A DNA stretch of 63,989 nt, the filler included, from Choristocarpus tenellus KU-1152 (lineage: Eukaryota > Protista > Phaeophyceae), in assembly GCA_964200185.2 (NCBI GenBank). It is 13 parts of 13 records of this genome, joined end to end, with 100 filler letters (N's around TTAATTAATTAA, not from the genome) between each part and the next. Parts side by side here need not be neighbours in the genome. Positions count along the whole stretch, not along the records: positions 53,930 to 57,684 come from CAXNAD020018133.1; positions 57,785 to 60,970 come from CAXNAD020021685.1; positions 61,071 to 63,989 come from CAXNAD020023661.1; 10 more parts are not named here. One strand, 5' to 3'. Of this stretch, positions 53,930 through 63,989 are shown one piece after another. Under the pieces are notes generated by a model. That model was given only the letters and a program-made list of their open reading frames with translations. It was not told where the DNA came from and made no database searches. Position numbers and translations under genes: made by a program. Each line of letters starts with the position of its first letter. Position 1 is the first letter of the stretch.

Positions 53930-54008
53930 GCACTTTTCCTGACTTCGCCCCAAATGGACACCCTGGTGTAGACCCCCCCTCCCCTCCCCCCCCCAGATAG
54001 TTTGGGTC
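53930..54008 (-). mobile_element. MITE family B end (in a myosin intron, truncated by the contig end)
   Basis: Reverse complement reads GACCCAAACTATCT, a G-rich run, then TCTACACCAGGGTGTCCATTTGGGG. Confidence 0.72.
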
Positions 54009-54080
54009 CAAGGTTGAGCAAACAAATTCCAGGGAGGGGGGAGGGGGGAAAGGGGAAAGGGAGACATACTACGCACACAC

Positions 54081-54545
54081 CTCCCCCAGGGGAGAATAGG
54101 TCAACAATGAACGGCGAAGTGCTGCTGGAAAACAGTTCATTGGACTCTTTTGGCAATTCGTCCTTGTTCTTGTCACAGAAGGTCTCCACATTGTACACCA
54201 CCTGTTGTTTGTTTTACACATTTGGAAGGGACAGGGGGGGGAGGGGGGGGGGGCGAGAGATAGATCACTGTACCAAGAGTCAGTTACCACACACCGACAG
54301 GCGGTTATCGTACAAACGCCTGACTCTGTTTTAGGTATGTTCGGGTACTGGAACGGATTCTACTCTGTCACGCCACACATCCGCTGATGAATAGAAGGAG
54401 ACTTTTGTAATACTTCCGCCTCCTCCGAATTCAGAGAAGCGTCTAAGGTATGTGTGTGTGTGTGGGGGGGGGGGGGGGGGGGGGGGGGGACGGGNNNNNN
54501 NNNNGGAGAATGGTAGACTTGTTGCGTCTCCTTCCCTCCCCGCGT

Positions 54546-54609
<64 letters not shown>

Positions 54610-55870
54610 TCTGGACAGGTCGTGCACTGATCTAGAGAGTTTCCAATTTTCGGCACACTGGAAATAAAAATAGGAAAGTTGTCAGTGGGCATTGGAGATA
54701 AAAATATAAAAATTAGTGACCCAGTGTATATTGCAGGTTAGCTCTCGCTCTGCACATACCAATCTCGCTGTGAATATATTATTTATTTTATGGGTGTATT
54801 GAAAACTTAGGGTTAGGGTTAGCAGCAGGCGTGAACATCGTTGGGTGATTTAATTTAACAATTTCTGAGGGATAGCAATAAAAAACATGTTAAAAAATAT
54901 ATGTATGTAGCATTTAGGGTTTTATCGTTATTGGGAGTACTGTGCCCTCTCCTTTCTGAGAGTACGTGGCGACATCAGCACACTGTATTGCACTGGTAAT
55001 TCTCGTTGGCAAAGTAAACACACGTTAGCACTTCATCGATGCAAGGGTATCATACACATAAATACATACACGAGTACATGCTTGTACATAGAACACATAA
55101 TACATTATACAACATACAGGTACATATACACGCATAATACAACATATACATACATAAACATGCAGAAAATGAAGTACACCATGTCCCCTACACCTGTACA
55201 CAGAGTCAGTTCATTTCAAAAAAAGATAAACATCCAATCGATGCTCAAAATCACAAAACTTCCCCTTTCCTCCCTCACACATACACATACACACTCACAT
55301 AAACACAAACATGTCCTCCAATCGTTATTAGCCTCAATCACATCATGATTGAACTCATAGCACAATAAGCCTGAGCCATTGCACCAATTAGGGACAGATC
55401 AAACATGCAACCAACCCTAGGGACAGACACGAAACACACTGCGTCGCTGAAGACCTACCGCCTTCCAATGTATCGTCAAAACTCTGACCCCACTGCAGGG
55501 GTGAACGAAGCTGACCTTGAGCCCGCAGTCACTAAACATTTATTATATTTTCATCCGAGATTTTATTTTATAATATGCTTTTTCAATAAAGACAGAAACA
55601 CTTCACATAAAATATAAAATATGGACATCTTCTGCTTTCGCTAACACTGTTTTTATATCCCTGATCAAAAAGAAAAGTGTCCATTTCTTTCCCATACGAT
55701 AAACAAAATATAATTACATACTCGTTAAAATAAAAAATACTACAAATATAATTATATACTAATTAAAACACATACAACACAAGAACATAATTACACACTC
55801 ATTAAAATAAACACAATACTACAACCTCAATCAAAAACAACTCCTAAAACAAGATCGATTCACTCGCTCC

Positions 55871-55930
<60 letters not shown>

Positions 55931-56363
55931 CACCTCTCCTGCATAGTGTTTCACTGCAAAGCACATGGCAGTCTTCATGGCATTATCCACCGCAAAGCGG
56001 CTGTTGTTCTCGTGGGTTTTGTAGAGACGAAGGGCATAGTTGCTGTCTGTACCTCGTATACCCATCCGACACTCATCGTCCAGCATAGTCAACAGTCCGT
56101 TCCCCTTGCCCTCAATCAAGTCCAGGCAATCCTACACACACAGGTAGATTACAGGCACGTAGTTAGTGTACACACAGCGGAAAAAAGGCAACATGATACA
56201 AACACACACACACACACACACACAAACCTGGTTGTCTGGGAACTCAACAAAGGACCACTCTATTCCCTCCTTAGTGTACTCCTTCTGCTCCATCTTGAAG
56301 ACGAACTGATTGAACTGCTGTTGAAGTGTCTCATTGGTGTAGTTGATGCAGAGCTGCTCAAAA
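54081..56363 (-). CDS. Myosin heavy chain motor domain, three internal exons
   Basis: Exons 56363-56228 ([29 protein letters not shown]...FPDNQ), 56131-55934 (DCLDLIE...[11 protein letters not shown]...FAVKHYAGE) and 54201-54081 ([16 protein letters not shown]). Confidence 0.96.
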
Positions 56364-56847
56364 CTGATTGAGAACAAAAAAATAAAAATAAAAAACAAAC
56401 AAAAAATTAACGAAGTAGTCAGTGCAACACAAGGGTACTCTCTTTTTATTTTAGAGGAAGAGATGCATGAAATTATCATACCTGAAAAATAAAAACTAGA
56501 AGATATAAACAGAAATGATCTTTGTGAGGCTATGAAGAGCAAATTGTAAGCAAAATAAGAAAACACCTACAACAATAAAATAGGCGCATTTAATTAACGC
56601 TCTGTTCTGATAAAAACAAAAAACAAAAGACAAAAAAAGAAAAATCTTAAATATCCTAGTTATACGGAAAGGAGCAATAATAGTGCGGCCGATGTGTACA
56701 TTGACCAAAAAAAACAAAAATGTTTACAATAAAAACATTTAATAACAATTTTTAATTTAGTGAAGGAATAACACTCACTATAGACATAGACAAGTGTATA
56801 TTCTTTAAAGAACAATAAATTAAGAGTCTCACTCAAACATAAAAAAA

Positions 56848-57115
56848 GAGTGAAAGGCATCTTAGAGGGTACGAGTTATTCCCTGTTTGTTCATTTGGGG
56901 CCTGGCTTCCCGCGGGGGCCTTAACAACATTCTACCTACACCCCAAAAATAGTTCGGAGTAGGTAAAAATGTATACGTTACGAAAAAGGTTTATCCAGAA
57001 CAAGGATAATGACATCTCCAAACAAACAAGATAGCCATGATCACATCAAAAAAAATCGCAACATTGTTTGGATCTTGGGCGCATATTGGGTCTACCCTCT
57101 AAGATACTTCGACTC
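56848..57115 (+). mobile_element. MITE family A, copy 6 (in a myosin intron)
   Basis: GAGTGAAAGGCATCTTAGAGGGTA ... TACCCTCTAAGATACTTCGACTC, flanked by AAA on both sides. Confidence 0.88.
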
Positions 57116-57784
57116 AAATAAAAAAACAGAATTAGAGACATGAACAAAATATTTTCCCTTCTACAATGAAGCAGTGAAGGAGCTACTACTACCACATCTA
57201 ATAAACAAAAAAAATACATCATTATTCAACAGTGGTGTTGCTGCGATGATGCACTCACCTCAAGAAAGTGAAAACAAACCTTACCACTGACATTATATAT
57301 TAACATTAAGAGAGAGAGAGAGAGAGAGAGAGAGACGACTGCCAAAAACAAACAGAACACTTTTCTTTTTTTTTGTTCTTGTAATCTTAATAGTAGAGTT
57401 GTCACAAAAAAAACTCTTCTTTTTTATCACTTCTAAAACACGTACATACATACATACATTACATACATACATGTGTTTTGTTTAAATCCCATCCGTCCTT
57501 TTTTGAAATTTCACAAATATAGAAGCATTGTTCAATTTGAATCGACTCTTTCGAAATCCTTTTATTTTAAATATCGTATCACACCAACACAGAAAACCAT
57601 CAATGTGTGTACACTTCACTGTTACGAGCGAACAACCCAAGCCCCTCCATCAAAATAAAATAAAATAAAAACATATTTCCCCCCNNNNNNNNNNNNNNNN
57701 NNNNNNNNNNNNNNNNNNNNNNNNNNNNTTAATTAATTAANNNNNNNNNNNNNNNNNNNNNNNNNNNNNNNNNNNNNNNNNNNN

Positions 57785-58874
57785 AGCTCTCCCTCTCCAC
57801 TCCCCCCCCCCCCTCCAAACAGAACACGCCCTCCGAGCATGGAGGGTGGAGGAGGAGGAGCCACTCCGAGTCCCACAGCTAGTGCTGAAATGTTGTCTGT
57901 TGATCCCCTTTTAAGGCATTCTAGGACAAGATCGTCACAAGCAGAGGCCAAGGTCTCCCCTGTTACCTGCAAACACAGCAGTGACCCCCCCCCCCCACCC
58001 ACCCACACAAGAGCGTGGGAATAAAATGAGGTCAAGAGGACAGTTAAATGAATGTAGCAATGGTGTTGCAAGGGCTATGGCAGGTGACATTCTTGTGAGT
58101 GGACAAAGCATTCCCCAGTGATGTGCTCTGTCCACTTGAACTTGATTAACCATAATTAGTTACAATTGCACTATTCTAAAAATAGCCCACAGATAATAAA
58201 AAAAAGTACCACACCATCAAAGTGCTTATCCAAGAAGGCGCTTGGTGCAGTCAAGGCACAGGTTTTGAAGAAAAAATGGTAAGTGGCAAGAAGGCACCCC
58301 TCTTAAGATCAAAACTCCCCCCTCCTCCACACACTACTGACTGTACTGTTGATCAATGTTGGTGATTAAGATGGAAGCTCCTATTGTGGATGTCACCAGT
58401 CCCCTCCAAATTCCTCCCTGTTCTGAACAAGTACATCAAAACTATTTCCAATTGTGGATTATACACTTCTTTTTCTGAGAATTTTCTCTCAATAACAATA
58501 ACAGTTATTGCCACGGTGTGAGGACCTTTATGAATTCGCACCCCATAACCGACACCCTCCCCCCCTCCCCCCTTCCCGACTGATCCATGACAAATTGTCC
58601 GACCCCAGGCTGATTGTTGTCATTGCACTACTGTGGGCTATTCAGCACCTAAAGACATACTACACTCATGGCTGCACTGTCCCGACACACAGGAACAGCT
58701 AGGAACAGCTTGGTTCCTAGATACTACTGACACTACCACACCAATTCCTGTAGAATGTAACACCCCCCTAACAAAAGTCAAATGAGACATGCACACACAC
58801 CGCTTAGTTAGGGATAAGGGCCTTCCTATCATAAAAAATTAAATCATTTGCCACCTTCACCAAATATAAATTTT

Positions 58875-58912
<38 letters not shown>

Positions 58913-60970
58913 ACCCTTTTCCCCCCCCCTCCCCCCTTCCCCTTTTCAAAAAAACACCCCCCCTCCTCCTTTTTGCACAAATCCCACACGCCATCACATG
59001 CAAGAAGAAGGATCTCCTCCCTCTCCATTGATCCCCTCTCATACACCACAATCTCAGGGCTAGCAGTAACAACCTTTCACAAAAAGGAGGCACAGGGAGG
59101 GGGAGGAAAATATAAAATAAATAGTGCGGATCGATTGGGTTGTGAGTTGCAAGTGCGGAATGATTTGATTGGTCAAATGCGAGGACATGATAATTCTCCT
59201 GCACACATCACACTACTATGTAACAACCGCCCGCATCGAATCCAACCACACTCCTGTCAATGTTGGACACAAGAGAGGAATAGTACTACCAATAGTACTA
59301 CTGCAACAATAGGATGTATTAATAGTACATGCAGTAAGAGTCATCCTACTAAAGAAGTAGAGAATAGTGCCCATAGAGGACACACAACAAATCAAAGCTG
59401 CCTTGATTTCTCCAAAAAATGTTCAGATTGATTCTGCACCACCACTGCTGTCTGTGACATACCAACAACGAAACCATAGGACATACTCCAACCAGCTTTG
59501 ACATACACTAGCAAAAGTTATCCCCTCGCCACAGTGTTCCATCAAGGCGATAGGAATTAGGATACAATAGAGCTGTACATTGCAAGTGGATGTATCAGAT
59601 TCAAATGAAAAATTAAAGGGCACAGCAGCACTACTTACCCCCCCCCCTCCTCCCCCTCCCTTCTACTCAACAAGAACCCTCAATAACACACTCAAGACAT
59701 TCATCTTCCAACAAGTGCTGTGTGAAAAGCTACTTCTCAATCTCCCCCCACCTCTACACCTTTTTCAATCTCTGCAACACCTGCTACCCACTGTTTCTCT
59801 CATCCCCCCCCTTCCACACTTCTACTATACACACATTAACTTCAACAGCATGTTATAGTACTACATATACTGGAGTAGATACTAGTGTAGTATTCATACA
59901 TAAATAGTTAAAGATGCCCAGTGGGTCGGTTTGCATTCAAGACACACCTGTTTCGCAGGAGGAAGATCCAGACGCTGCTTGTAATAGAAGTCCCCAAAAC
60001 CCCTGGTGGGGACAACACTCTGTCCCTTGACCTCCTGATTGTAAGCTGTTCGAGCCACCTTTGAAGTATTTTTTGTGCAAATAGTTAACTTCTTAAAATG
60101 AAAATACAGGAGATAAAAAAGTCCATGAAATATGGGTTTCAGTCCCATCACAGTGGAGCAATATCTATCTGATGTCACAGTGTTCCAAATGAAACTGTAC
60201 ATATTGGTTACTTTGTTATTTCTTTTCCGGTTGCATTCGGCATCTCTACACCACTCTGCAAATACTTGAGGGTAACCCTAACCCTACACCATATGTGACA
60301 CACGTAACACATAATGCTGCCAAAGGAGGGGAAAAAAACTCATTGCAAACATAATAATAATAATAATAATAATAATGGAGCAAGATCAAGCAAAAGACAC
60401 ACACTTGTTACTGGTCCAAGATGAACATATAGAAAGTAGATCACAATTGACAATTTACAAGTGACAATTAACACCAACCACAAGAGATAAAAAATGCACA
60501 CAAAATTCTTCCCCTGAAAAAAGAAAGTCTTTAAAGAACGGTACACTAGTAATAGCCCTCAATGAATACTGTTGCCTTCCAGTACTTACAATTAATACCT
60601 CGAAAAAATCACTTCTCTATATTAATAATACTAGTGTTAATACATTCTCCGTCAGAAAGACTCAAATCCCTCAACTAATCTGACCTTCCCCACTCCAAAC
60701 TCCTCCAGAACCTCACCTCAGCATCCTTCCCATCAGCCTCCTTGTACTCCACCTTAAACACCCTCCCCCCTGCTTCCTCAACCCTTGCACATTCTGATGC
60801 TTCCTCCCCAGTATGGTCCCGGCTTAGAGCAACAGACTCCACTCTCCCCCCCCCTCTCTTTGCGCTTCCTTCCTCTCCTCCCCCCCCAGCCCTCCTGTCA
60901 CTGCCTTCCCCTCCCCCCTCTCCCTCAACTACTGATGACAGAAGATGCGGACTCTGTGGCGTTGTCTCCC
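57785..60970 (-). CDS. Protein phosphatase 2C (PPM family), four exons, partial
   Basis: Exons 60970-60717 (ALSRDHT...ECARVEEAGGRV), 60058-59948 (VPTRGFGDFYYKQ), 59073 to about 58960 (VVTASPEI...LLLACDGVWD; 3' end garbled near poly-C) and 57966-57785 (CLKRGSTDNISALAV). Confidence 0.92.
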
Positions 60971-61267
60971 NNNNNNNNNNNNNNNNNNNNNNNNNNNNNN
61001 NNNNNNNNNNNNNNTTAATTAATTAANNNNNNNNNNNNNNNNNNNNNNNNNNNNNNNNNNNNNNNNNNNNCCTGTTCTACATAATGAGGAAATAATCGAG
61101 TTATTTACACACACAAGTCTTGGGAACACCAGTTTCTTTAACAAACCATATCGTTTGCTCTGTTTGCTCCTCCATGCTATCGTACTTCCAATACACCATC
61201 ACATTTTTGACGTCACTATCATCCCCTCCTCTCCTCAACGACGTCTTCCGCCGTCTCCACTACTAGA

Positions 61268-62200
61268 TTCTCGACAAGGACTCGACTCTACGCGCTTACC
61301 TCACCACCTGGGATGGTAAATACCAGAATGCACTCAATCAGGTCAACCTCCGCCAGGTTCACATCGGGCGGGGCTGTGATGGCGGCAGTGCAGAAGTCGA
61401 GAGCAACAACGGATTGGCATCAGATGGCCGCGAGAAAGAAGACGAGGGAGAGCACGAACACCAAGGAGGGGATGGAGACGAGGGAGGGGACGAACATAAA
61501 GGAGGGGACAAAGACGAGGGAGGGAACGGACTGCCAGACAGGGAGGATACGGGCGAAGGGGGTTCTGTCGGCAGTGTTCCTGGTGTGGAAGAAGAATAAA
61601 ACGGCCATGGAGGGTGGATCGCGGGCGTTTGCTGGACTGAATGCAATCCTTCACCTACGTCTCGGTGAGTAGTGTAGTTGTAACGGTGCACACGAGGGCG
61701 GAGTGTAAATAATAGATTCAACAATTGGTTTCCATCCATTCCCCCGAACGGATAGATACGTTGTATCTTTTCAGCGGCGCACACCATTGAATCCATGGGA
61801 TGTTGCGGGGTCCCTCTATGTGGGGCGCAGCGGTCACTACCCCCACGTCTCTTTATTTGCCACTGTCCGATTGTGTGTTAATGCATGTACATCACCGACT
61901 GTTGTATCTCACCTGCACTACTTCGTTCTGTTTTTCCGCGGCCAATTTCATGGTCCTTCGTAACCGTGCATCCCCGCGTTGCGTTGTTGCACCCAATTAA
62001 TGATCTGGAAAAATACTATCCTGTCTGTTTAACGCTCTGACTCAATGACACACGCGACAGGTATTCATGCCCAAAGTACTCCATCACGCATATGGGTGAA
62101 TATGCCTACGCGGAGATTATAGACGATGAGAGGCACAAGGATCGATTATGTATCAATTGCCCCATGGCACAGGAGGGCAGTGAAGGGTCTGGATGGTGAG
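61268..62200 (+). pseudogene. Decayed multi-exon gene with acidic 18-bp repeats and a degenerate PHD-like Cys/His motif (possibly TE-associated)
   Basis: tag|ILDKDSTLRAYLTTWDGKY...VEEE*NGHGGWIAGVCWTECNPSPTSR|gtgagt splices in phase to acag|YSCPKYSITHMGEY...RLCINCP, with in-frame stops. Further coding-like but broken frames run to 63870. Confidence 0.3.
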
Positions 62201-63989
62201 GAATGAAGCGGCGGGTCGGGGCAGGGGCAGGGACGGGGGCAAGGGCAAGGGTAAGGCTCATGCAAGGAGCGCGGGCGGGTCAGCCACGACGCAAAGCCTT
62301 TTACGTCCCCCCTCGCGCAGCGAAATGGCCGACATGGAGAAGTGCATGTGGGTCTCGGCGTGGTTGCACACTATACAGACACACAAGTCGTCTCTGCGTG
62401 TTTGTTTTCGCGTTGGTTTGCACATAATAGGTCTTGGCTGTTTGTACATCTGTGGATTGCTCATCCTTTGTGCCTTGGATGTGTCGCTTTTTTGGAGGTT
62501 TCCATGGGCCATGGAACTTAGTGTTTTGACGTCTACCCTCTTTCCACGAGATGTATCTGATGAGTCTGTCGTTGTGGAGGGTATAGCCTGACATTTTGGA
62601 GATGCCGTGGAATTTTTGTCAGGACCTCACTTAATGAAAAGATTGCCTGCACCGTAGCTTACTACGCTGTCCTTCTTGTTGTGCTGTCTGTCTACTGTGT
62701 CTTGTGTCATGATATCCAAGCAGGAGTGAGAACACTGCACTACACGACCTTCGCCCTCTCGACCCTACGGTACCCTTAGACGTCCTGAAAGATTTCGCCT
62801 TTCGCAACGCGCCAAAGCTCGCCATAGTGTTCATTGCCGCCGAGCCAAGACTCCTCATCAACGAAGAGGCGACCAACACACACCTGCACGAGGTGCTTCA
62901 GTGCTTGCAGCATTAGATACATCCTCAGGGCACCATTGCGCTCATTATGCCCCACCCATGGATGGCACAATTACACCACCTAAGCGGTGGGTTGCAGAGT
63001 TCGCAAGAGCTGGAATACGGGGTATATTGCGGGAGACTGATGCGATCCGCCATGGCCGTTATCATTCCGTCCGTGTGCCGATCGAATAGTGTGCGACCAT
63101 TCAGGAGATGCGGATTAGGTCGTGTGTATTCCTTTTTCACTTTCCCATGTTGTTTCATGTCCTTCGTACCTTCTACTTCCTTTTGTGTCGCTTGCTCTTT
63201 CCTCCGGATCCTTCGTAGTTCTTTGTTTCATTGTCCGCGAATCGCATGCTGGTGTTACTCGTCTTCACTACATTATTTTTGCCATACTTACTTCTATTAT
63301 TACTTAATTTCCTACTGTTTGCATTTTTTGCATTGGTTATTTGCCTTGCGTTCCACACTCATTGTACTATTATAATGTTAGTGGTATGAGATTTCATGAA
63401 TCCCTACGATAACTACTTGTGTCATGTCACTGTCAAGTTTGACGCATGCCGGACCCACGCGCTCGCTCCCGCCTTCTATTCATTCAGAGGCTCTTATGGC
63501 ATCGAAGGTGGGCTTGATTGTGGAGGATCATCCCCTAACCCTAATATACAAGACGAGGGGGGGGAGGCGCCCTCAATTAGGCACAGATAACCATCTCAGA
63601 TGTTTTCAGGACATTATTATTCTTGCGCACAACGATGGGACAACGTTCATATGCAATAAGCGAGTCACTGTCGATGACATCTTTGGCCACGGGCGTGATG
63701 CATCTCCTCCGGTACTCCAAACCATCTTGGACGTCGAGTACGAAGGTGCTGCAACGGACATCCCCATGAGGGCCCTCCACTTCCTCGTTAACAGGTTCGT
63801 TAATAACGTCACACACATCCCTCTTCACAGAAGCAGCGATTTTTTTTGTATAGGTGTAGGAGATCGTTAAACAGTAACAGAACGAGCTGGGTGACGGTTC
63901 AGGGGCGTCAATCCATCCCACGAGTTTGTTTCCCGAATCGGTACGTTAAGCGTCAAAACGCACCAAGAGTGTGTTGCCCTGTATCGGAA

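Noticed and set aside
54336-54447. AG...GT-bounded plus-strand segment in the myosin intron as a nested exon or TGA-recoded selenoprotein
   Set aside because: All three frames contain stops. There is no recognisable selenoprotein motif or SECIS evidence.

Overview
This is eukaryotic nuclear DNA and not one continuous locus. It consists of 13 unrelated draft contigs joined by 12 artificial 100-bp spacers (44 N + TTAATTAATTAA + 44 N), so adjacency only has meaning within a contig. The host is a photosynthetic stramenopile (ochrophyte), most plausibly a brown alga. Three genes carry bipartite signal+transit peptides with the ASA|F-type cleavage motif, genes are intron-rich, and flagellar genes are present. 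Genes I reconstructed exon by exon: complete dynein light chain LC8, LPA1 and intronless plastid Cpn20. Partial genes: ARL6/BBS3, GBF1-type ARF-GEF, BBS12-like chaperonin, a Cys-less GPX-fold protein with a Tat signal, a WD40 (DCAF8-like) protein, a carnitine acyltransferase, a myosin, a PP2C, a possible TMEM94-like membrane protein and a C4 Zn-ribbon protein. Mobile DNA: a Ty3/Gypsy integrase+chromodomain 3' end, two related MITE families sharing a GRSYSAAAG(T/C)AT terminus (11 full or partial copies), decayed transposase/TE remnants, and many short interstitial TTAGGG tracts. I found no CRISPR array, rRNA, tRNA, Fanzor or intact viral hallmark gene, and no clearly new biological system. The best leads are: an apparent excess of GC-AG introns (3 of about 33 donors), four head-to-head gene pairs, a non-catalytic lumen-targeted GPX-fold protein sharing a 141-bp intergenic interval with cpn20, MITEs whose two TIRs co-vary by subfamily, and an 11-nt micro-exon inside a perfect hairpin.
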